Below are positions 46,061-54,986 of a stretch of DNA of 64,000 nucleotides, in pieces. Positions within the stretch are counted from its first letter, which is position 1; each line of letters begins with the position of its first letter. Location: positions 41,307-105,306 of the forward strand of contig CAZDTG010000002.1 of NCBI GenBank assembly GCA_964508005.1. The letters are read 5' to 3'. This stretch comes from an uncultured Steroidobacteraceae bacterium (GTDB taxonomy: Bacteria > Pseudomonadota > Gammaproteobacteria > Steroidobacterales > Steroidobacteraceae). The notes beneath the pieces are model-generated. The model was not told the DNA's origin and did not search any database. It worked only from the letters and a program-made list of their open reading frames with translations. The position numbers were made by a program, and so were the translations under genes.

Positions 46061-47032
46061 TCAGCGCACTTTCACTCCTCGTCTTCGCCTGTCGTCAGTG
46101 TCAACTCGTGTTTTGTTGGCGGCGCCCGAGCGGGCCTTCACGTGATCGATGAAGGCTCGTAGCTTCGGCATTATTTGCCGGCCGCCGGGATAGCACAGAA
46201 ATACACCCGATGCCGTCGGCGCGAACCGCTCCAGCACGTGCACGAGTCTGCCCGCTCTCAGCGGCTCGGCGGCGATCGGCTCTGGCACTTGCGCAAGACC
46301 CACACCTTCGACGGCCGCGCCAAGCATGGTGGGGAAGTCGTTGGCAATGAGGGGTCCCGATACGGCAATCTCGATCGCGCGGCCATTGTCGTTGAGCGAC
46401 CATAGCGCGAGCGCGCCGTTGGATCGTCTCAGTCTCAAGCATGAATGTTGGCGCAAATCGTCCGGGCGGTCGGGCCTGCCAGTGCGGGCGAGGTAGGCTG
46501 GGCTGCCGACGATGACGAGGCGAAACGGCGGCGTCAGCCGCACCGCGACCATATCGGCGGCGATGAACTGGCCCAGCCGGATGCCGGCGTCAAACCCTTC
46601 GGCCGCGAGGTCGACCAGCTCCTCGCTGGCGGCGATCTCCACCTCGACCTCGGGATAGGCCTGGCAGAAGGATCCGATCAGGCGCTCCAGCACGATCGGC
46701 ACCACTGCGCGCGGCGCCGCCAGGCGCAATAGTCCCGCTGGCCGCCGTCCGAGTTCACGCGCGACCTCGCTTGCGGCGACGAGCTCCTCGAAGGCGGGCT
46801 TTGCGCGCGAGAGGAATCGTTCGCCGGCTTCGGTCAGGCCGACACTGCGCGTAGTACGTATGAAGAGCGTTACGCCGAGGCGCGCCTCCAGTGCTCGTAC
46901 CGCCTGGCTCATGGCCGATGGACTCACACTGAGTTCCGCGGCCGCTCTGCGAAAGCTGCGGTGCTGGGCGACGCTCAGGAACGCCTCTACGCCATCGAGC
47001 GCGCGTTGCCTGATTATGAAGCTCTGCTTCAT
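46061..47032 (-). CDS. LysR-family transcriptional regulator
   Basis: N-terminal HTH LDGVEAFLSVAQHRSFRRAAAELSVSPSAMSQAVRALEARLG. 323 aa. Confidence 0.9.
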   Translation of the reverse strand: MKQSFIIRQRALDGVEAFLSVAQHRSFRRAAAELSVSPSAMSQAVRALEARLGVTLFIRTTRSVGLTEAGERFLSRAKPAFEELVAASEVARELGRRPAGLLRLAAPRAVVPIVLERLIGSFCQAYPEVEVEIAASEELVDLAAEGFDAGIRLGQFIAADMVAVRLTPPFRLVIVGSPAYLARTGRPDRPDDLRQHSCLRLRRSNGALALWSLNDNGRAIEIAVSGPLIANDFPTMLGAAVEGVGLAQVPEPIAAEPLRAGRLVHVLERFAPTASGVFLCYPGGRQIMPKLRAFIDHVKARSGAANKTRVDTDDRRRRGVKVR

Positions 47033-47162
47033 ACCCCATCGACATTACCGCGAATAGTCATCCGCGGGAAGCGGCCGTACATTTGACCTGCAAATCGGCC
47101 GTCGTGCCGGTCTCCAGACCCAATGCCTGCGACAACCACCTGAAGCATCGAGGAACCTTGTT

Positions 47163-47981
47163 ATGGCTGATGTACTGGATGGCGTGCGCGATCACTATCG
47201 CGCCACGGGCCTAACCGAACGCCTGAAGACGGCGCTCACTGCCCTGGGACCGGAGGATCAGCGGCTGACGCCGCAGCAACTGGGTCCCCTCGACCAGTTT
47301 CATACCCGTGGGCTCGCGGCGACCGTTAAGCTCGCCAAGTTGGCTGGAATCACCGCCGACATGTCGGTTCTGGATGTCGGCTCGGGCGTCGGCGGGCCGG
47401 CGCGCTTTCTGGCTGCGACCTATGGCTGCCGGGTTACGGGAGTCGACCTAAGCGAGTCGTTCGTGGATGCCGCGCGCTATCTGACCGAGCGCACGGGACA
47501 GAGCGGGCAGGTGTCGTTCCAGACCGCAAACGCGCTGGAGCTTCCATTTGAAGATGGCCGTTTCAACGTCGTGTTGCTGCAGCATGTGGCGATGAACATC
47601 TCCGACCGGGCGCGGCTCTACCGCGAGATCCGGCGCGTCCTGAAGTCAGGCGGCAGGCTTGCAACCTTCGACGTCGTGTTGAACAGCGGCGAGCCGCACT
47701 ATCCGCTCCCTTGGGCGCGAACGCCGGCAACGAGCTTTCTCCTGACAGCCGCGGCAACGCGCGACGCGATCGAACCGGCGGGTTTCCGCACGCTGACATG
47801 GCAAGACGACTCAGAGGCCGCCAAGGCCTGGATCGCCCAGCTGCGCGCGTCGGGGCCGCCGCCTTCACCCAATCTCGGCGTTGTGATGGGGCCGGACTTT
47901 GCACAGCTTGCTACCAACCTGGGACGAAATCTCATGGAAGGCCGACTCGGCATCCTGACCGCGGTGTTCGAAGCCCCCTGA
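47163..47981 (+). CDS. Class I SAM-dependent methyltransferase
   Basis: Motif I VLDVGSGVGGPARFLA, followed by VTGVDLS. It is divergent from the LysR gene. Confidence 0.85.
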   Translation: MADVLDGVRDHYRATGLTERLKTALTALGPEDQRLTPQQLGPLDQFHTRGLAATVKLAKLAGITADMSVLDVGSGVGGPARFLAATYGCRVTGVDLSESFVDAARYLTERTGQSGQVSFQTANALELPFEDGRFNVVLLQHVAMNISDRARLYREIRRVLKSGGRLATFDVVLNSGEPHYPLPWARTPATSFLLTAAATRDAIEPAGFRTLTWQDDSEAAKAWIAQLRASGPPPSPNLGVVMGPDFAQLATNLGRNLMEGRLGILTAVFEAP

Positions 47982-48004
47982 ACTGACACCTGATGGGAGC
48001 TCAC

Positions 48005-48529
48005 ATGTCTCCGGCAACCATTTTCCAGTTACATCTCGTTCTGGGTTACGTTCCCTGGCTGCTTCTTTTCGGCGCGTACGTCCTGCCCAGACTCAACTCG
48101 ATGGACCAGGTCGAAGCGCAGCGCGCGATCGCTACTCTGCACAGCTTCCGCTTCTTCGGTCTCGTCTTCATCGTTCCAGGCGTCATCGGCCCCAATCTGC
48201 CCGCTGGCTTCGCGACGTTCGCCGCCTACGGCGACCTGGCAACCGGGATACTGGCCATGGTCGCGCTTCTCACGGTAAGGATGCGTCCTCTCTTTTGGTT
48301 GTTCGTCGTCGCCTTCAATGTCGTGGGTGCGGCGGACATCATCATCGACTATTACCGCGGCAATCAGCTGGGCCTTGCGGCGCTGGCAGGGGAGTTGGGC
48401 GCGACATACGCGATCCCGGTCATCTACGTGCCCGTGCTGATGATCACGCACGTTGTCGCATTCTATTTGCTCGTGCGTCCTAAGCTCGAACGGCGTATGC
48501 ATCACTGGCCCCGGAGGGCTCTACAATAG
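48005..48529 (+). CDS. Hypothetical integral membrane protein
   Basis: ATG 48005 (MSPATIF...). Four to five hydrophobic spans. No recognised family. Confidence 0.55.
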   Translation: MSPATIFQLHLVLGYVPWLLLFGAYVLPRLNSMDQVEAQRAIATLHSFRFFGLVFIVPGVIGPNLPAGFATFAAYGDLATGILAMVALLTVRMRPLFWLFVVAFNVVGAADIIIDYYRGNQLGLAALAGELGATYAIPVIYVPVLMITHVVAFYLLVRPKLERRMHHWPRRALQ

Positions 48530-48978
48530 CTCTACGCTGCCATCTGGTATTCCGCGGATCGCTCGCCCGAAAGGCGCTCACCGGACGATCCAGGAGGGGA
48601 TCGAATCCGCCGATGCAGGCAACCAGGGACAACAGCTCGCTGCACAGCTCGTCGTCATTGCCGGCTAGTCGAAGGCACGCAGCGTGCCAATCGCGTTCCG
48701 GCAACGACAGGATCGTATCGAGCGCCGCCTCTTGATGTCATCCACTGCTGCTTTGGCTCAAGCCAATGAAAACTAAGGAATTCCTGGTGCCACAATGTTC
48801 AGTCTGCGATTCCGCTCGATCCACAAAGGGCGCGGTAGAGGAGGGCACAGCGGTAAAGTGCCATCAATGAGCAGTCTCGGCGCTGGATGACGGATGCGGT
48901 GCCTGGGTCATGATTCGGCGCTCCAGGCACTTCGCGGAAACGACGGCGGGGGCAGGAGCGGGCCCCGGAGGAATATAT

Positions 48979-49812
48979 ATGACAGGTAAGGGCTGGGCGA
49001 TCGTCACCGGTGCATCTGGCGGAATGGGCGCGGCGTTCACGAAGGCGCTCGCAAAACGCGGCTACTCTGTGCTCGCTGTGGCGCGCGGAGTCGAGCCCCT
49101 TGCGAGGATGGCCGACGAACTGAGGAAGGACGGAGGGTTCGTCGAGACGCTGGCCGTAGATCTCGCAAGCGCCGAAGGCGTCAATGCCGTCGTCGAGAGA
49201 GCGCACGCCCTGGGCGACATCGAACTGCTCGTCAACAACGCTGGACTCTCCACATCGGGTCACTTTCTCGACCAATCCGTTGACAAGGAGATTCAGTCGA
49301 TCCGGGTGAACGTCGAGGCCCTGTACACGCTGACGCGAAAGATCGTCCCGGCGATGGTGGAACGGAAACGCGGCGGGATCCTCAACGTCGCATCCATTGT
49401 CGCGTTCCAGGCGATTCCCTATTGGACGACGTATGCAGCGACGAAAGCCTTCGTATTGGCGTTTGGAGAAGGGCTCGCGTACGAGTTACACAACACTGGT
49501 GTCCGCGTGGTCACCGTGTGCCCCGGCTTCACGAAGACCGGGCTCTATGCGGATTCCGGTGTCCCCGGTTTGGCTGGAAGGCTCTTGCCCTTCGCAACGC
49601 CGGAAGAGGTCGTGCGCGTTGCCGTCGCGGCATACGACGCCGGTCGCGTGATTCGCGTCGTTGGGCTGACGAACCGCATCGTGGCTTTCGCCGGTGCCCT
49701 GACCCCGCGTTTCGTTCTGCGTTGGCTTATGGCGACGATGTTCGCGCCGATTGCGGCGACCGCGCGTTCGAGCGGGCCGCCGACAACACACGACGCAACG
49801 CCGCGTGTCTAA
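48979..49812 (+). CDS. SDR-family oxidoreductase
   Basis: ggagga precedes ATG 48979. MTGKGWAIVTGASGGMGAAF, NNAG and YAATKAF. Confidence 0.9.
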   Translation: MTGKGWAIVTGASGGMGAAFTKALAKRGYSVLAVARGVEPLARMADELRKDGGFVETLAVDLASAEGVNAVVERAHALGDIELLVNNAGLSTSGHFLDQSVDKEIQSIRVNVEALYTLTRKIVPAMVERKRGGILNVASIVAFQAIPYWTTYAATKAFVLAFGEGLAYELHNTGVRVVTVCPGFTKTGLYADSGVPGLAGRLLPFATPEEVVRVAVAAYDAGRVIRVVGLTNRIVAFAGALTPRFVLRWLMATMFAPIAATARSSGPPTTHDATPRV

Positions 49813-49907
49813 TCTCCTATAGCGTTTGCATCAATCTGCCGCGTGAAGCGGCCTTCCTCGATGAACTGCAGGATTTCGCGCTCACGCTGGGTGAGGTGGC
49901 GGTGCCG
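49809..49907 (-). pseudogene. LuxR-type HTH fragment (about 32 codons)
   Basis: Minus-strand translation gives RHRHLTQREREILQFIEEGRFTRQIDANAIGD*. LTQREREIL.FI.EG is the start of a LuxR/FixJ C-terminal HTH. The fragment is bounded by stops on both sides. Confidence 0.35.
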
Positions 49908-50509
49908 TCAACTGACCCTCGGGTGCCTCGCCTCCCGCCGAGCTTGAGAGGGTTCTCAGGCGCTCGAAATTGGCCCGTGTGGTCACTCACGCCACGCGCT
50001 CTGGCGGCCCGATCTCACGACCGCGAGCGGAGTGCCGCGCGCCGGTCGGCACCGGCGACACTATCCCGGAGGACGCGTGATCTGACGCGGCAGTTGCGTG
50101 CTGCGGGGGCTGTCGGTGCGGCCGCTCGGGTGGTTCGGGACTCACTCTCCATATGTGCACATTGCGCATCAACGATTGCGGTATCTTGGAAGCACTCACC
50201 GAAGGTAGGCCTGAGGCTCCAAAACCCAAGCGGGCGCCCGCCCGATGGGCGGTGGTCGGGCAGCTCCGGGCCGATTTGCCTCAGGGGGCAGGGCGCTATT
50301 GCGTCCAGCGTGAACGGACAGCGACCGTATGGCGAGTGCGCTTCGCTCGCACTCACGAGTTGTTGCCGCCTAGGTCAAAACCCGTGAGCCATCAAGGTGA
50401 AGGGGAAAGCCCGGCAAGGCGAAGCGTACGCCGCGGTAGCACAGGCATTTTAGGTCCGCAGATGGACCTTAAGCAGATGACATGATAGTCGACACAGTGG
50501 GCCCACAAC

Positions 50510-51034
50510 ATGAAAGTTCTCTCTGCGCGCGTTGAGCTTCGGGATACCGGTACCCCGAAGGGTCGAGGTGTGTTTGCACTCCAGGCCCTCCACGCGGGCG
50601 AGGTTGTCGAGATCTGTCCGGTTGTGATTTTTGCAACGCCATCCGAGGCCCTCCCGGAGGCGATCGACAGGCTAATGTTTGACTGGGGGGTGCTCGCGAA
50701 AAAACCCGGAACCGATGCGCTGGCCCTCGGTTATGGCAGCCTGTACAACGATGACAACCCCGCCAATATGCGATATGAGGCGATCCCCTCGGAGGCGGTG
50801 CTTCGATTTATCGCGGTTCGTGACATCAAAGCCGACGAGGAACTGACGATCAATTACAGCGCTCGCGGCGGGGGTGCCACCTGGCACGACGACAACTGGT
50901 TCGACCGTAAGATGACACCCGTGCGGAGTGCTCCTCGGACAGCAGCACCCGCGTCGCGCGCGCGCGACGCTGGGCGTGTGATTTGTACGAAGCTTTTCCT
51001 GCTGCTCATGGCATCCTTTACGCTTCTTCGATGA
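50510..51034 (+). CDS. SET-domain protein (putative protein lysine methyltransferase)
   Basis: Contains GRGVFALQALHAGEVV, GYGSLYNDDNPANMRY and ADEELTINY. The canonical NH(S/x)C motif reads NDDN. There is no post-SET Cys cluster. Confidence 0.7.
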   Translation: MKVLSARVELRDTGTPKGRGVFALQALHAGEVVEICPVVIFATPSEALPEAIDRLMFDWGVLAKKPGTDALALGYGSLYNDDNPANMRYEAIPSEAVLRFIAVRDIKADEELTINYSARGGGATWHDDNWFDRKMTPVRSAPRTAAPASRARDAGRVICTKLFLLLMASFTLLR

Positions 51035-51260
51035 ATGGCGGTGCACCCGCCCTGGCGGTGAGCGACCGCGCCGAGAAACGCGGAATGTTTCCGGAGCATC
51101 CGTTGTTCCACCGAGCCTTGGCGGACGATGCCTTGCTCGATACTCTGAAGGATGCCGCAGACAAGCTCGGTTAGGCGCTGCGCTGAATCGCCGCGCAGTC
51201 GAGCCTTCACGACTCGACCGCCGCAGTCGATCAAGCTGCTCAAGCAATGATCCATCAGAA

Positions 51261-51482
51261 TCACGGGCGATTCTTGTCGAGGAATTTCTGCCGCCGATCC
51301 ACCGCTTTCTTCTGTGCCCCGGCGGCGCGCCGATACGAGCTCAGTGCTGCACTTTTTGCGGGCCCCGCGGGAGCATCGATCATGCGCAAAAAAGCGTCTC
51401 TCTCTGCCGCCAGGAGCTGGTTCAATACCTGCTCGATTCGCTCAACCTCTGCAAAGAAGTCCGCACGTTTCCGGCGTGGCAT
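51261..51482 (-). CDS. Small hypothetical protein (73 aa, helical, basic)
   Basis: ATG 51482 gives MPRRKRADFFAEVERIEQVLNQLLAAERDAFLRMID... It lies downstream of, and on the same strand as, the GTPase gene and the 56-aa ORF. Confidence 0.35.
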   Translation of the reverse strand: MPRRKRADFFAEVERIEQVLNQLLAAERDAFLRMIDAPAGPAKSAALSSYRRAAGAQKKAVDRRQKFLDKNRP

Positions 51483-51601
51483 GTTGCGCTCCAGCCCGAG
51501 AAAGGGCTGCTGTAATCTAGCACGGGGGCAACCGGTTGTATCAGGGGTCGATAGTACGCGCGGACGAAAGGGGTGGAGCATGCAGGGGGAAGGCGGCTCT
51601 C

Positions 51602-51772
51602 TCAAATGCTCAATTGCTCAATCACCCCTTCGAGGATCTCTTTCTCCAGGTGCAGCGCTTGTCGCCATTCGTGTCGCTCCGTTTTGACGATCTCCTCCCG
51701 CAAATCGGAAACATAGATTTCCAATGCGCGACGTGCGGTATTTCGTTCCGGCTCGCTGAAGTCGAATAGCAT
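51602..51772 (-). CDS. Small hypothetical protein (56 aa, helical)
   Basis: It is not in the ORF track because it is under 60 aa. A strong RBS (ggaaggagaagcaa) precedes ATG 51772. Translation: MLFDFSEPERNTARRALEIYVSDLREEIVKTERHEWRQALHLEKEILEGVIEQLSI. Confidence 0.45.
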   Translation of the reverse strand: MLFDFSEPERNTARRALEIYVSDLREEIVKTERHEWRQALHLEKEILEGVIEQLSI

Positions 51773-51832
51773 TTGCTTCTCCTTCCGGGCACTGATTCGA
51801 GAGGATGGGGTGCAACTACCTGTCCCAAACTC

Positions 51833-52870
51833 CTACCTTGCATGCAGCTCCACAACATCGCCGTCGGCAACGAGATGATCTGGCCCTACCTGCTGTCCCT
51901 CGAATGCGCCGCTACCCCACAACCGCGCGAACTTGAACCTGCAGGCAACATTCTGATGCACGAGCCGCGCCACATCGAGCACGGTGTCACCCCTGCGTAC
52001 GGTGAAGGGTCTGTTTCGGTCAGGCGGCTGTCCGGGTGGTTTCGTGTACACGCGTATGATCTGCAGCGATTCAAACAGGAAGCGCGCGAGTTGATCGAGC
52101 CCATGGCCCGTGCGGGCCGAGCAGGAGATCGCGGGAAAGCGCGCGCCCGTCAATTCCTCCAGCGCCTTAACTTCCTCCGGGTCGCTATCGAGGTCGCTCT
52201 TGTTTGCCACTAGTAGGGTGGGGAGGTGGACTCGGAATGGATCGGGGACGTCACCGGCCCCAGGCAGCCCGAGTACGTTTGACCCAACGCCGAGATGGGG
52301 CCAGTGATCGTCCAGTGTGATGCTACGCTGTGCGAGCTGCGCCCGGATTGAGAGCAAGTACTCGGCGCACGCGGGGTCGGCCAGGTCAACGACCAGCCAC
52401 GCGGCATCCGCCGATTGAAGCAATTCAGCGATCCACGGCTCGATGCGCTGAGCAGATATCGGCGGCAGATCTACGAGCTGGAACGCGATGTCCTCGAAGG
52501 GCAGCATGCCCGGAAGCGGCTCCCGGGTCGTATAGGGAAACGGGCCGATCTCGGTTTTCGAGCCCGTCAGGAGCGCGTGCAGGCTCGACTTGCCCGAATT
52601 CGGGGGGCCGATCAAACAGACCTGCGCGGCGCCTTCACGGCGCACTACATGAACTGTGCCGCTGCGCGTCGGTCCCTTGTGAGGGGTATTGAGCTCGCCG
52701 GTCAGCTGCCGCATCCGCGATTTGATGTCGGCCTGAATGTGTTCCGTCCCTTTGTGCTTCGGGATGGTGCGCAGCATCTCCCTCAAACACGCGAGGCGCT
52801 CGCGCGCTTCGTGTGCCCCACGGAAGGCCTGCTCGGCCTTCTTGTACTCAGGCGAGAGGTTGGCCGGCAT
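51833..52870 (-). CDS. DRG/Obg-like GTPase with C-terminal TGS domain
   Basis: Motifs: G1 GPPNSGKS, G2 FPYTT, G4 NKSD, G5 SCSA. The TGS-like tail is IIRVYTKPPG...GDVVELH. The G3 position reads DLPP instead of DxxG. ATG 52870 (MPANLSPEYKK) is preferred over TTG 52891. Confidence 0.8.
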   Translation of the reverse strand: MPANLSPEYKKAEQAFRGAHEARERLACLREMLRTIPKHKGTEHIQADIKSRMRQLTGELNTPHKGPTRSGTVHVVRREGAAQVCLIGPPNSGKSSLHALLTGSKTEIGPFPYTTREPLPGMLPFEDIAFQLVDLPPISAQRIEPWIAELLQSADAAWLVVDLADPACAEYLLSIRAQLAQRSITLDDHWPHLGVGSNVLGLPGAGDVPDPFRVHLPTLLVANKSDLDSDPEEVKALEELTGARFPAISCSARTGHGLDQLARFLFESLQIIRVYTKPPGQPPDRNRPFTVRRGDTVLDVARLVHQNVACRFKFARLWGSGAFEGQQVGPDHLVADGDVVELHAR

Positions 52871-53188
52871 CGCGTACACAGGGTACAGCAATTCCCGCGA
52901 TACGGCGTAGCCGCAGGACTCTGAAGTTGACGCGGCGCTTCAGCTCAGCGGACATTTCCAGGTCGCAGCGCGTCTTCACAGTCCGATTGGCCAGGTGACT
53001 TCATGTCGAAGGAGAGCGCTCGGTGGATTTCAGCCTCGGATGTGGTTCCGATGTTCCCCCTCGTCTGGAAGGTCCAGCTTGAGACTAAGCTGCATAGGCC
53101 AGTGCTGCCAACATCTTTGCGTCGATCGCGGACTCATTACGGCGATTCGCATGTCGTGTCCGGCTAGTAACTTTACCGAGAGGTTCCC

Positions 53189-54310
53189 ATGACTGACCCC
53201 AAACTCCCGAGCAGGTCAATGCTGCCGGTTCCCGTTCGTTACCAGCCCTCCATGGAGACGATCGGCGAGCACGAGGCGAAGACCATCCGGGGGATGATCG
53301 AAACGATGGACAGGATACAGAGCATTGTCGCCGAGGACATCGGCCATGCGAAGCGCGGCGTGCATGCCAAAGCGCACGGCCTGCTCGTCGGAGAGTTGGA
53401 AGTGCTTCCGGATCTACCCCTCGTGCTGGCGCAAGGACTATTCGCCGCCCCGCAGAATTATCCTGCGGTATTGCGCCTGTCCACCATTCCCGGTGACGTG
53501 TTGGATGATGCGGTCTCCGTGCCGCGAGGCGCGGCGCTGAAGATCGTTGGCGTCAACGGTGCGCGCGTGCCGGGTTCGGAGCAAGAGGTTACGCAGGACT
53601 TCCTGTTCGTCAACGGAAAGGCGTTCGGGGCGGCCACCCCGGACGCCTTTCTCCGCAATCTGAAGCTCTTGGCCGCCACGACCGACAAGGCGCCCGGCTT
53701 GAAGAAGGTGCTGTCCTTCGTGGTCCGCGGCCTGGAGAAGATCGTGGAAGGCGCCGGCGGACAAAGCCCGACGCTTTTGACTTTGGGAGGGTACCCGGAA
53801 ATCAACATCCTGGGCGACGAGTTTTATAGCCAGGGGCCCATCCTCTACGGCGACTACATCGCCAAGCTCGCTCTGAAACCCTTCTCGGACAATCTGCGTG
53901 CCTTGACTCGGCAACCGCTCAAACTGTCCGGCCACCCCGACGGTATTCGACAGGCTGTCGTCGAGTTCTTTCAGACCAACTCGGCCGTATGGGACATACA
54001 GGTGCAATTGTGCACCAACCTCGAGACCATGCCGATCGAGGACGCGGCAGCAACGTGGCCGGAAACGGAAAGCCCCTATCTATCCGTCGCGCGGCTGCAC
54101 ATGCCGGCGCAGGACGCTTGGCGCGCCGACAGGGTAGAACTGGTGGACGAACGGATGTCCTTCTCCGCTTGGCACGCGCTCGCGGCGCACCGCCCCCTAG
54201 GTGGGATCATGCGAGTCCGACGAGCCGTCTACGCCGCGGCCGCCCGGTTCCGTGTTGACTACAACCATCGGACTCTCGTGGAACCGCGCAGCGCCGCCGA
54301 TCTCTCGTGA
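53189..54310 (+). CDS. Catalase-related small haem protein (catalase-family core only)
   Basis: The distal His region is KRGVHAKAHG. The proximal Tyr region is RVRRAVYAAAARFR. At 373 aa it is much shorter than a canonical catalase. Confidence 0.75.
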   Translation: MTDPKLPSRSMLPVPVRYQPSMETIGEHEAKTIRGMIETMDRIQSIVAEDIGHAKRGVHAKAHGLLVGELEVLPDLPLVLAQGLFAAPQNYPAVLRLSTIPGDVLDDAVSVPRGAALKIVGVNGARVPGSEQEVTQDFLFVNGKAFGAATPDAFLRNLKLLAATTDKAPGLKKVLSFVVRGLEKIVEGAGGQSPTLLTLGGYPEINILGDEFYSQGPILYGDYIAKLALKPFSDNLRALTRQPLKLSGHPDGIRQAVVEFFQTNSAVWDIQVQLCTNLETMPIEDAAATWPETESPYLSVARLHMPAQDAWRADRVELVDERMSFSAWHALAAHRPLGGIMRVRRAVYAAAARFRVDYNHRTLVEPRSAADLS

Positions 54311-54544
54311 CCGCCGTCACGGCGATTGAGCGAGATGGTGGTCTTCGTCTCGATCAACGCGCCTCGGTGACGGGAGTGGGGCTCAGCGAGCCAGCGATCG
54401 TGTCAGAGCGAGGCAAGCGTGAATGGTGCTCCGAGCGAGAGTACAAAGTTCACGGGAGAACTATAACGATTCCAAGTGAGCCCGATGTGATGAAAACCCG
54501 ACCGCTCGCGGCTACACGAGTGGCGTAGTCCGCAACGCAGGTGA

Positions 54545-54706
54545 GCAATCCCGCATCGGCTTTTTGTTCCGCGGGTCAGTCCCGGCCTGGTGTTCGCGCA
54601 GACTCAATACGACGCAAAGGCAAGCGCGAACCGGTACTCTATAGTGAGCGGTGCACGCATGTACGGGCTCGAGCCCTACGCGTACCTGCGGCACCTCCTT
54701 GAAGGT
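54545..54706 (+). mobile_element. IS66-family transposase C-terminal fragment
   Basis: Frame 2 reads ...HRLFVPRVSPGLVFAQTQYDAKASANRYSIVSGARMYGLEPYAYLRHLLE. This matches the conserved IS66 TnpC tail (..nwLF.gS..g...a..ySli.tAk.nGlePyaYL..vL). There is no upstream body. Confidence 0.55.
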
Positions 54707-54721
54707 TCATCTCCCAGCTGC

Positions 54722-54810
54722 TCTTCTGCGAAGAGCGACCGAAGTACTGCTCCTTGAGCCAGCGGACTTCCTCCTCCAGCAGCATCACCCGCGCGCTAAA
54801 GCGAGCGTTC
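54722..54810 (-). mobile_element. IS66-family transposase N-terminal fragment (inverted relative to the adjacent C-terminal piece)
   Basis: The minus strand reads ARFSARVMLLEEEVRWLKEQYFGRSSQK, the leucine-zipper/..FGr.SEK motif of IS66 TnpC N-termini. Confidence 0.45.
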
Positions 54811-54986
54811 CCGGGCTCAAGCCCCTTCGTCGACCTGCACGAGATTCTCGATCACGGCACTCGCCACTTCCGATTGCCGGCGACCGCCACTCGAGAAGGC
54901 GAAAGAGGAGGGCGAGATCGCGGATCCCGATGAGGCCGTCCGCCAGCAAGTTGAGGGGAAGGTCGCGTAAGAGAGAGAATAGAGCA

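Noticed and set aside
50983-51174. 63-aa plus-strand ORF after the SET gene (…MNGGAPALAVSDRAEKRGMFPEHPLFHRALADDALLDTLKDAADKLG)
   Set aside because: It has no RBS and no recognisable family, and it overlaps the SET ORF tail. It could be a gene fragment, but I cannot support a call.
54311-54544. Possible outer-membrane beta-barrel remnant on the minus strand (…GFHHIGLTWNRYSSPVNFVLSLGAPFTL…)
   Set aside because: The alternating pattern is suggestive but short, bounded by stops, and matches no specific family motif I can name.
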